Sequence record: OM782452.1
Length of the DNA: 64,000 bases
Origin: Pseudomonas phage vB_PaeP_TUMS_P10
Strand: one strand, 5' to 3'
In this document: positions 30,401 to 36,167 of the stretch, one piece after another
Position numbering within the stretch: the first letter of the stretch is position 1
Layout of the letters: the number at the start of each line of letters is the position of its first letter
The notes under the pieces: generated by a model
Told to the model about the DNA's origin: nothing
The model's input: the letters and a program-made list of their open reading frames with translations, nothing else
Databases searched by the model: none
Made by a program: the position numbers and the translations under genes

Positions 30401-31706
30401 GGACCAGGTACTGGGTACTCTGGCTGGTCAGATCGTGGACAAGGTGTCTTCGCATCAGCAGAACGTGGACGTAGTTCGTTCCATGTACGAGCAGTTCCGT
30501 GAGGACTACTCCAACCGCCCGAGCAGCTACATCAAAGTAGGCAAGGACAGCACTGAACCTCACTTGCAGGAACTCTACAACCTGTTGCCCTATGCAACTA
30601 AGCGTGAGATCCGCAATGTGTGGAAGTCGGACAACATGATGATCCCGGCTGACCAACTGAACATGATCATGGGTTACCGTAAGGCATCCGTAACTGGTCC
30701 GTTTGGTTTGGATCCGCAGGAACGTAACGTTGCCCAGCAGGTTCTGGTAACTGTAGCTGAAGCAATCCTGGGTCCGAAGGCTGCACTGCGTCTTGGCCGT
30801 GCTGAAGACGTGATTCAGGAACTGGTACGTGAAGCCAAGGACATTCTGGTTGTGAAGAACATCTTCACTCTGGTGGGCAACATCGTATCGAACATGACGT
30901 TGCTGGCTTGGAGCGGTGTTGGTATTGCCGATGCAGTACGTGCGCATGCAACTGGCATTAAGGGTGCCTTGCAGTATCGGGCAGACAACAAGCGTCTGAT
31001 CCAACTGGTGCAAGCCAAGGAAATTGGGTATGTGCCGGAAGGCGTTGCGTCGATTGACGATGAGATTGTTGTGCTGCGTGATCGCATTGCACGTAACCCC
31101 ATCAAGCCGTTGATTGACGCTGGTCTGATGCCGACCATTGTGGAAGACGTTGAAGCTGATGACAGTCAATACAGCTACAAGTCTTTGCTGCAACAGAAGA
31201 CCGAACGAGTAACCAGTAAGCTTCCGAAACTGGTGCGTGATGCGGCTAAGTTCGTGTACGTGGCTCATGACACGTCCATGTACAAGTTCCTGTCGCAAAC
31301 CACTCAGCTGAGTGACTTGGTTGCCCGTTACACTCTGTACGAGCATCTGATCAACCGCGCTCGTGATCCGCTGAGCAAGGCTGATGCACTGAAGCAAGCA
31401 GAAGAAAGCTTCGTGAATTACGACATCCCATCCCATCGGATGGTCCAGTATCTCAACGACACTGGTTTGTTGATGTTCACCAAGTACTATCTGCGGATTC
31501 AGAAGGTGATTGCACGACTGGTCAAAGAGAAGCCTGCCCGTGGTCTGGCACTGGTAGTGGCCAACCATTTCGTCAGTGGTTTGCAATCTGTGATGGACAG
31601 CAGCTGGATTAACCGGATTGGGCACAACCCATTCCAGAGTGGTCCGTTTGCTTTCCCGAGCAGTCTGAGTGAACTGCCTGCGATCAAAGGTTTGTTCAAC
31701 CTTTAA
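21495..31706 (+). CDS. giant virion-encapsidated RNA polymerase (N4 vRNAP-like)
   Basis: 3403 aa; central domain carries T7-like single-subunit RNAP motifs: A VDGVTNGPMLSLLMSG, B GRKVIKQPLTAMMFGSNTK, C LNIHDAHGTG. Confidence 0.9.
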   Translation: MADFDLDSFLDARLDAEAGTAPAFDPSAFADFGNTFPMKGTQKQFNIYEMAEQKRRNIEESLVGKLGITPGATGTGPINLAASLASGTSRVAGQLVNLPLNFAAQMGQAGVSEEAIQAYNREITGNPLEGDDAILNQIAAGEDGVQQTMRDRLIGVQGLRDAGKAVQDFFDISSIVDTTDRDAMSRDIAERTQQGVALLRESGDQLERGQILDALLSGAAGATQTVAGAVAGTATNPSAVTEYTVENAPQLAAAAVSAPLGVATNVGYAADELREGYREYAEANDGQLPDQEDRLKMGAFAASLAMAEQVGDLSMLRGIRGEAGLLRSTLSSSAREGVTEGYQTYGEAQVRLDDASIEEIVEGAAIGAAVGGSLNIAGRAVRGASGAKSKAEQAITDREAVATARETGDIADLTNIESENYNPAGAVSVLHEQVLKNDTPEVRESVIAQADTIEQELAKQISDIESVQALASEEGVARLVAAREQREAQLEQATPEERTQLEAQIESIRNLEEEAAAYTPELRAQDDAELKDLNQRLKATREAIQRLHTDAAPTAPEVEELVAQAPTSPEAAERVITLTMTNPDSLSNEQIASIVSDESNGLSPEYRTALRSFAQAKEAMDELKGLSGVRTDIEVGGDGFKGIPQYRNAVRMALSNGNIEAATAQVDQLRAFADTRLSKFAAISDAFDKVQGTQDFINIIPNQETGVWEVAPEGMTPRQVQSAKGLRVFAGSQKLRDAVAMEATALARTAESLQALINAGPLTNAVQVAQEQTIAQEQEVAPVAEEVTPVAEPTAQVSEEAVAQEAETVQAEPVPEVETGELTAIREGAEVRGKPLASQDYQDTNLVGAFFQQSPAKQEGDTKKPLASVKDFATAVRTGSAKLAEFAGVESFTGQQQSALKNFMGFQRMAKPLVEANLKQYVSKSGDASRYRFRDYAQFLVNADGSLDENVSTAIAYAAYDWINDAASNLVNSDAGINAILGKDVSAEVSPAAYAALATVGVRQATAAAQLGAKVREVLGLEVLPNAPVNEQARLEASLGEHALHLLVKSGAAKITAISDAQLKNLMGSQEKPNAKVQHYFLTPVSERVDGKLQAGPLARRVREATMGSQSILNKLFGTTPAMIEPSFEPIDFKQRNAKRTQQPISSEQARILDKAAKQAHTLRPEMWQVWGNLSPEALATIAGAADLEGTKVHKANRAGLQAKSDGLVRQIQNFGDFFNRINEVSDLGTEQPLYFDRSVWKPQRVGLTSNLINPQTSKIHRHMLKMEGWESEVKLDSKADLDNFKLRVLESFGKKTEATNTDKVLAKYDATVNTPAIQGGVAALAEILRGDASDTVANESAILAAVAEAGENFFSLDGLVALAQEKIAREDGAASFKTTLLGEVDGVTNGPMLSLLMSGAKGFETLNQGGFFSQTDGFQQFNDFHAEAGNLDLYEGTIKAVLDILGNNPLLSAIEAITGELSTDDGNVSSKGRKVIKQPLTAMMFGSNTKTAVDGMADGFIETIYSKIEDAANANDLDSLRKTINAVNQLMIGTNAQKWPTDMGFEAALDTTFDARQVAALKNSFYQLLGKKVEEALNDTYAEFISRRDVINKTANMAFQMYEAAFQAKREQMLKTADLPRGKDGQPYTDLTREQIEQIRKELKPMEPILHTAFSKASGELDAGMLMAKTRRELNDTPLYRSEVHFAEPLEFLDSDGRKRAVNSMKASGMTTVNEGPGVAPFITATHALDSFISHNALDGASVLNIHDAHGTGLSDMAEAGRRLNEATFKAMLGYSAASEMVDTFERTLAGFNNLMTDPEAAAVMAPMMQKYLESQKATVGQQLEAIRRVAEAADTDKLTMLSEMAAVGQYATEGGSYLVTDADRKAAQDALKQVGKFNEEAEIWAENVDANLEVMASEAKAGKAKPLSSDSVQTLAPATSLNTMDRVIRESNGQLREDLQQVASVMENQNIPLASAKEVLPEDRAAAVVATINESTRSLKSVWGELGQAVTPSEQDLVEFLSSEGVTARNLSQYLEQRTQDGFTKKLLAALSRLTREDLPVIIVTPQTGPDGALGEGVSKARGWYASKGNFDAIYVKSPDFVESGITEEFLVHELLHTVTGRVIQRELDAKAKDPSHNTAASRMVDELEEIRSKAQDFLNANGTLSSKYANAVQDVHELVSWGMTNKGFQEEVLKGLELPAKGRDKGFTAGLRRFISALTGLVFRGENTPSNQNAMGLLISNTAGLFAEAQAMMAKKDTMTLRYEDAVDSVNRMSTKQIFNALASNRDSSVAHQNRLADALDNIVAALHGPMGALRTRVMEGQALTNTDVVIKAMNTNTMPFASEALSSAFVVSDQEAFVLEQVEATIDTALNGNEGLFIRGSLENLWREARDTLSARDFHQGDWTQASQQEKAIAQEKYDFLFKVQASAAGKNSFLARFAGLAIGSEEVFNALGFRSKSTERALAGMTLSQKVMELFRRLLTRLGRLHDKTSPGELANNRLVTLLDRLVDIEAKRRGRFAERKLGALDQVEQAMGNMGESLRNTIEQASQSTFFTNNNSPFIRAAGSLIETTMAGRVDGVLEGISRLRDDAFRKPRGVLMGVLDEMRGVTDLMTAAHSLFKQAKSNEMERKQHIEYTVAQVNASFKDGGEYLTNKDKAALTKVFLRTNMSALLDTYGFDGLRQLLNNDSELRKERSQLETQLLGLKNGAYYLRSVKDLAYNRAIGGNVSPNLMLNTQNIADLIGTKKALSVSKSEAKAAKEVMDLLLPMFTFEYTSHEDKVAAREVLRTEAARGKDNGVEMILKLHKGLQDRSKSFLFEGTERLMIDGYTPDIFDNKIEVLAVDATDLDYFLKRGYTRAGNVQEDKAAGLSAGKVLVSRRGSGQVGLLTGAMSYTGMQAKGSRVERSAVNMLSNNPGTAKNTIGTIRKNIADSVDEMFTTDATYDPRKAQAQRVAPVLDPNGIIVDYRYMMTEHNRDSLLNRDNSMDQVLGTLAGQIVDKVSSHQQNVDVVRSMYEQFREDYSNRPSSYIKVGKDSTEPHLQELYNLLPYATKREIRNVWKSDNMMIPADQLNMIMGYRKASVTGPFGLDPQERNVAQQVLVTVAEAILGPKAALRLGRAEDVIQELVREAKDILVVKNIFTLVGNIVSNMTLLAWSGVGIADAVRAHATGIKGALQYRADNKRLIQLVQAKEIGYVPEGVASIDDEIVVLRDRIARNPIKPLIDAGLMPTIVEDVEADDSQYSYKSLLQQKTERVTSKLPKLVRDAAKFVYVAHDTSMYKFLSQTTQLSDLVARYTLYEHLINRARDPLSKADALKQAEESFVNYDIPSHRMVQYLNDTGLLMFTKYYLRIQKVIARLVKEKPARGLALVVANHFVSGLQSVMDSSWINRIGHNPFQSGPFAFPSSLSELPAIKGLFNL

Positions 31707-31712
31707 AGAAGA

Positions 31713-31741
31713 AGGGGAGCTAATGCTCCCCTTTCTTTTTG
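31713..31741. terminator. bidirectional terminator after the vRNAP gene
   Basis: aggggagc-taat-gctcccct followed by ttcttttt; overlaps the 3' end of the convergent small gene. Confidence 0.7.
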
Positions 31742-31917
31742 AATGCGTTTGCCAGGATCTCCCAGAAGAGGACTCCTATCAAACAGAGGACTATGGCTAC
31801 TGCAAACAGGAATCCAATGATCCTGAAGACCCATGAGGCAACGTAAACGACGAATGCCCCTCCTACGATCATGCCGAAGAAGAGGCAGACGCCGACGAAT
31901 ACCTTTAGGGCATCCAT
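31720..31917 (-). CDS. small two-TM membrane protein (holin-like topology)
   Basis: 65 aa, two hydrophobic helices, lysine-rich C-terminus, AGGAGG RBS. Confidence 0.55.
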   Translation of the reverse strand: MDALKVFVGVCLFFGMIVGGAFVVYVASWVFRIIGFLFAVAIVLCLIGVLFWEILANAFKKKGEH

Positions 31918-31929
31918 CGGGCCTCCTGG

Positions 31930-32274
31930 TTAACGCTGAGCCATGAGTGGCATGCCTTGCTGCATCACTTCCATCATGTGCCCCTGGTCGCCGGCAGCGG
32001 ATGCACGGGACATGAGGAACGGGATGTTGAGGTTCTGCGGGTAGTGACCGATGTCACTGCGGCAGAGGATGCCGCCCGGCATGGAGAAGGCGTAGTAGTA
32101 GGGCAGTTCGTGGGCCAGGCAAGCCTTGTCCAGTTTCTCCAGAAGTTCGGTGACTTCCTGCGGCAACTGGTTGGGGAATTCCAGGTTCGCACGGGTGTGC
32201 TGCTTCTTGTCCACGGCGATAGCCTGGACAACATCACCTACGCCGAAACGGTCATGGGGCAGACGATCACTCAC
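31930..32274 (-). CDS. hypothetical protein
   Basis: 114-aa ORF in the minus-strand operon. Confidence 0.4.
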   Translation of the reverse strand: MSDRLPHDRFGVGDVVQAIAVDKKQHTRANLEFPNQLPQEVTELLEKLDKACLAHELPYYYAFSMPGGILCRSDIGHYPQNLNIPFLMSRASAAGDQGHMMEVMQQGMPLMAQR

Positions 32275-32466
32275 TGGCTTTACTCGTCACTTCTTTCAGG
32301 TGATCGACGACCAGGGTGGTGTCCATCTTGGCGACTTCGACCAGGCCGGCGGTGATGGCGTCGAGGGCGGTTTCCATGTTCTTGCGGCTAATGCCGCTCA
32401 GACTGCCGTTGGTCAGGATGTTGGCCAGACTCTGGGCGGATTCCAAGAGTGCATTGGTATGTTCCA
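32267..32466 (-). CDS. hypothetical protein
   Basis: start refined to MEHTNALL (AAGGAG RBS); the upstream 130 nt of the track ORF is probably untranslated. Confidence 0.4.
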
Positions 32467-32864
32467 TGGGGAACTCCTTGGTTTGAATATTTCGGGGTAA
32501 GGGTGGAGTGCTCTGGTCTGGACCCCGTTGCGGGGCGTGGGGAGGACCGTTCACAACGGGCCAGAGCACTCCCTTATGTCTACGAAACATAGACATAAGA
32601 AAGCCAGCATGAAGCTGGCTATCTTGAAAGGGTGGGTGAACTCAGAGGCTAGGAGACAGGAAGTTCTACGAGGGGATTCCTCTGGTTCACCATTGACTGT
32701 GGCTGTATGTCGTTGGTTGTTGCTGTGTGTGATCACTATGCTATCTATGGCACTGCAAGTCAACAGTAAAAAGAGTCCTACAAGCCAAACCATTACGAGA
32801 ACTGGCTAAAAAGAGAATGAGTTCAGGGAACTCTTGTAGGACTAAGGCTAGGTATTCACTCTTT
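32467..32864. promoter_or_regulatory. about 400-bp non-coding region dense in inverted repeats (cruciform plus hairpins)
   Basis: 12-bp perfect IR ggagtgctctgg/ccagagcactcc (32505-32572) enclosing ccccg-ttg-cgggg and ccgtt-cac-aacgg hairpins; then a 10-bp IR cttatgtcta/tagacataag (32573-32599) and a 7-bp IR agccagc/gctggct (32602-32620); a further 11-bp IR agtcctacaag/cttgtaggact near 32768-32842. Confidence 0.45.
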
Positions 32865-33263
32865 TTACTGGGGACTCAAGTCCTGGGGAGGATCTTGGTT
32901 TTCACGCATGCTGGAACCAGCAATGCGACCATTGCGGAAGTCCACCGCATCTACCGAGTTTTCGGGATACGGATTTTCGCCTTGTTCCCCCAGGAGGCCG
33001 ACACGTACACCGTGCAGGTAGGCAGCCGTGGCATCCATACCGGGACGGTAGGGGGGATTGAACTCCGCATCTGTGGAGAGGCCGAGTTCGGATACGGCCA
33101 GCAGGATTGCGTCTTGGTGGACACCGCCTTTGACCTTGATTTCTGCGATCAGCGGAGCGGTGAAGCCAATGACTACATCCTTGGCTGAGTAGACCGTGGA
33201 GGTGAACTGGAGGCCGCCACCGGTGTGGGTAACGAAGGACAGCAGGTATCGATTTTTCTTCAT
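32865..33263 (-). CDS. hypothetical protein
   Basis: 132-aa ORF. Confidence 0.45.
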   Translation of the reverse strand: MKKNRYLLSFVTHTGGGLQFTSTVYSAKDVVIGFTAPLIAEIKVKGGVHQDAILLAVSELGLSTDAEFNPPYRPGMDATAAYLHGVRVGLLGEQGENPYPENSVDAVDFRNGRIAGSSMRENQDPPQDLSPQ

Positions 33264-33308
33264 GGTTTCCCCTTGGGAAGAACCCCCGGCGAACCGGGGG
33301 CGTGTCGC

Positions 33309-33698
33309 TTAACCGCCGAACAGGCCGGCTGCCGACTTGGGCGCTTCTTGTGCGGGTGCTTCAGCTTGAGCCGGGATCTCCTCGACCGGATTGGCTTCCG
33401 GTTCGGCGGAGGTTGCCGGTGCAGCCTGCGCCTCGGAGGCGGCCTTGAAGTTGCCCAGGTCTTCGGTGACGACTTTCTTCTCGCGCTTCGGCTTTTCGAC
33501 CGGAACTTCTTTCGCCGCCGGTGCTTCTTCGGCGACTGCCGGCTCTTCGCCCAGCGAAACTTCGGCGGTGACGTTGCTGCCGCCCTTGCGGGTGACCGAG
33601 AAGGAGACGTGGGTGTTGGCATCTACCGGCAGGCCACGAGCGGCCAGACCGTCGGTCAGCATCTTGACGATATCGTTTTGGTTCAGAGTGATGATCAT
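33309..33698 (-). CDS. hypothetical protein with folded N-domain and Ala/Pro/Glu-rich disordered tail ending LFGG
   Basis: 129 aa; low-complexity C-terminal half. Confidence 0.4.
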   Translation of the reverse strand: MIITLNQNDIVKMLTDGLAARGLPVDANTHVSFSVTRKGGSNVTAEVSLGEEPAVAEEAPAAKEVPVEKPKREKKVVTEDLGNFKAASEAQAAPATSAEPEANPVEEIPAQAEAPAQEAPKSAAGLFGG

Positions 33699-33708
33699 GG
33701 ATCGTTCC

Positions 33709-34263
33709 TTATGAGAGCAGCTTGAGCAGCTGCTGGAAAGTGGGGTCTTTCAAGCCAACCTCAGCAGCGGCAATAGCATCTGCTATGTGCTCTGCTTTGC
33801 TGGCGACTACCCGTCCGTTCTGTCGAGGCCAGTTCAGTCCGGGGTGTTTCTTCGTGGCCCACTCAATCATTTCCTGCTTGCTGGCCGTTGATGAATTGCA
33901 CGCATGCACCTTCAGCTTGGCAGCAGTGACAGGAAAGAATGGGTAGCCCAGCGCACGCATGTACGCCAGTAGGCCAATGCACACGCCGTAGCTCTTCATA
34001 GCGTCAGCCGATTGGGAACCAACGGGGACTTCTACGAAGATGGCTTTGGCATGGGGAGCAAGTTCAATCAGACGCTCGGCAATCGGCTCGACACGTAGGA
34101 GGTCTGCCGAGTTGACGCGAATCTGCTTGTCCTTGCTTTTACTGGTTTGGATGACCTCGACATGCTTGAACTCAATCAAGCCAGTGGAGGTATCCAGGTT
34201 GCCGCAGGCTATGCCCCAATTACTGAGGCTGGGATCCATGCCCAAGATGTTGATCTTAGGCAT
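33709..34263 (-). CDS. RuvC-like Holliday-junction resolvase (putative)
   Basis: N-terminal ILGMDPSLSNWGIA resembles the RuvC motif I-LG-DPG---G-A; 184 aa. Confidence 0.45.
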   Translation of the reverse strand: MPKINILGMDPSLSNWGIACGNLDTSTGLIEFKHVEVIQTSKSKDKQIRVNSADLLRVEPIAERLIELAPHAKAIFVEVPVGSQSADAMKSYGVCIGLLAYMRALGYPFFPVTAAKLKVHACNSSTASKQEMIEWATKKHPGLNWPRQNGRVVASKAEHIADAIAAAEVGLKDPTFQQLLKLLS

Positions 34264-34626
34264 TTACTCGTCCCCGCCGAGGATCTTCAACTGCTGCCGG
34301 AGGCGAAGGATCTCGTCTCTCAGCTTCTTGGTTTCTTGATAGGCAAACCAGGAAGTTCCTTTGGCGTAGCTGGCGGTGATGGTCTTGATCTGTTCAGGTG
34401 TAAGGACGGTTAACTGTACGTCCGACTTGGGTTCAACGAACATTGAGCCGTTGTCCCAATCGAAGCCAGGAACCACACTGACTACATCCACAGCTGGCCT
34501 CGCCCCACACATACCGGGGCGAAGCACAGGGATACGCAGTGTATGGTCCAGCAACCTTTCGCGTTCATCCCCCTCGCAGGAATCGACCATGCGATTGAGG
34601 GATTCAAGCAGTTCCCGGACCTTCAT
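34264..34626 (-). CDS. hypothetical protein
   Basis: 120-aa ORF. Confidence 0.45.
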   Translation of the reverse strand: MKVRELLESLNRMVDSCEGDERERLLDHTLRIPVLRPGMCGARPAVDVVSVVPGFDWDNGSMFVEPKSDVQLTVLTPEQIKTITASYAKGTSWFAYQETKKLRDEILRLRQQLKILGGDE

Positions 34627-34629
34627 GGC

Positions 34630-35367
34630 TTAGTCGCCGAAGAGGCTGCTGGCCTTGGGTTGGGAACCGCCACCGGCAGCACCGGGACGGCCAGCAGTTG
34701 CGCCTTTCACTTCCTTGAACTGGTCCTTGACGTTGCCAGCCCACTTGGCGATCCACTCGTTGTAGAAGCCGGCTTCGCGCTTGCCCGCACGGGCTTCGGC
34801 CAGGGTGACCTTGTACTCGGCGTGGAATACCTTATCCACCTCGTTCGTCTCGCGAACTTCGTTGGTGTCGCGGTAAACGCCGTCTTCGCCTTTCACGCCC
34901 TTGTTCTTCTTCACCTTCAGGATGCCCAGGCATACCTTGGTGCCGATCAGGGAGGTGGCCACCGGTACTACGGTCGGCTTCTTCTCCTTGGCCGCCGAGT
35001 CCCAGAGCAGGAGGGTTTTGTCCTCGAAGGTCTGGTCCTTGAAGCCCTTCTCGTTGGCCATCATGCAGATGGCGTTGGCGATCTCGTAGCCCTTGAGATA
35101 GTGCTTCTCGCCGTCTTTATCGACCCAGTACGGCTTGCACTCTTTCGCCTTGCCGGTGGTGACGTAGAAGGTTTCGCTGTAGGTGCGGCCAGTTGCGGCG
35201 TGCTCGAATTCGAAGGCCAAGCCCTTGGCCCCGGTCGAGGAGGTCAGGCCGTAGGCCACCTTGATGGTCAGGTCGTAAGCGTTGGAGTCGAAGAGGCTAG
35301 CGCCGCCGAGGCTGTCGCCGGATTCCTGGATGTTGCCTTCGTCTTGTACGTCGTTGAAAAAGCTCAT
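34630..35367 (-). CDS. putative single-stranded DNA-binding protein
   Basis: 245 aa, aromatic/basic-rich, Gly-rich C-terminal tail, adjacent to a recombinase-like ATPase; assignment is by context only. Confidence 0.3.
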   Translation of the reverse strand: MSFFNDVQDEGNIQESGDSLGGASLFDSNAYDLTIKVAYGLTSSTGAKGLAFEFEHAATGRTYSETFYVTTGKAKECKPYWVDKDGEKHYLKGYEIANAICMMANEKGFKDQTFEDKTLLLWDSAAKEKKPTVVPVATSLIGTKVCLGILKVKKNKGVKGEDGVYRDTNEVRETNEVDKVFHAEYKVTLAEARAGKREAGFYNEWIAKWAGNVKDQFKEVKGATAGRPGAAGGGSQPKASSLFGD

Positions 35368-35381
35368 GAATATCTCCTATT

Positions 35382-36125
35382 TCAGCCCGCGTAGTATTCG
35401 CGGAGACGCTGCATTACAAGCTGAGCGTCGTTGTTGATGAAAGTCTCACAGGTTTCCCACATGTCCATGGGGCCACGGATCCTTTCACCGATGGTTTCCT
35501 TGGTGATCATGGTCTGGAAGACATGCTTGAAACCAAGCGACTCTTCCAGTGGCGAAACGGTCAACAGCTTGTTGCCGTCACGGTACGGTTCCAGTTCACG
35601 CAAGGACATCTTCTTGGTACTGATGACCAAGGAGAAGTACGATTCGATGCCGTTGTTCTTCAAGGCGCCTTTCACCGGTACACACGATTCCATCATCATC
35701 CGGGCATCGTTGTAGACCGACTTGGTGTGACCCAAGAAGATCACGTTCGCCGACGAGCGAGCCACGTAATCCTGCATCAGGTTCTTGAAGTACTGCTGGT
35801 AGTTGCCCCACGCCTTCTGGGTGTCCGGGGATCCCAGAACGCATTGGGATTCGTACATGTCCATCAGGTACGTCAGCGTGTCGATGACGATGGTGTGGCC
35901 TTCCAGCTTGCCGTTCTCCAGTGCATCGAAGGCTTCGTACACATGGTCGGGGTGGGTGATGGTGAAGCTCTTGAACTTGTTGCGGAACGGCAACTTCTTG
36001 CCTGCTTCGCAGTTCAGGTAGATAACCCCTTCGGGGTTTTCCAAGTTCTTGAGGCTCAGCGACTTACCGGTAGCGGATTCGCCAGAGATCAAGAACAAGT
36101 TGTCGTTGACTTGAGTCATAGACAC
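35382..36125 (-). CDS. RecA-like/Sak4-like recombination ATPase
   Basis: Walker A GESATGKSLSL, Walker-B-like hhhhDTLT; 247 aa. Confidence 0.5.
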   Translation of the reverse strand: MSMTQVNDNLFLISGESATGKSLSLKNLENPEGVIYLNCEAGKKLPFRNKFKSFTITHPDHVYEAFDALENGKLEGHTIVIDTLTYLMDMYESQCVLGSPDTQKAWGNYQQYFKNLMQDYVARSSANVIFLGHTKSVYNDARMMMESCVPVKGALKNNGIESYFSLVISTKKMSLRELEPYRDGNKLLTVSPLEESLGFKHVFQTMITKETIGERIRGPMDMWETCETFINNDAQLVMQRLREYYAG

Positions 36126-36167
36126 CTCTGTAGTTAATCGAAAGAGCCGCTGGAAGCGGCCCTATCT

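Noticed and set aside
29595-31625. 676-aa minus-strand ORF inside the vRNAP gene
   Set aside because: Same antisense artefact; no RBS or operon context.
32551-32793. 80-aa minus-strand ORF in the hairpin-rich non-coding region
   Set aside because: No Shine-Dalgarno. It lies across a run of perfect palindromes and is more likely regulatory DNA or RNA than a gene.
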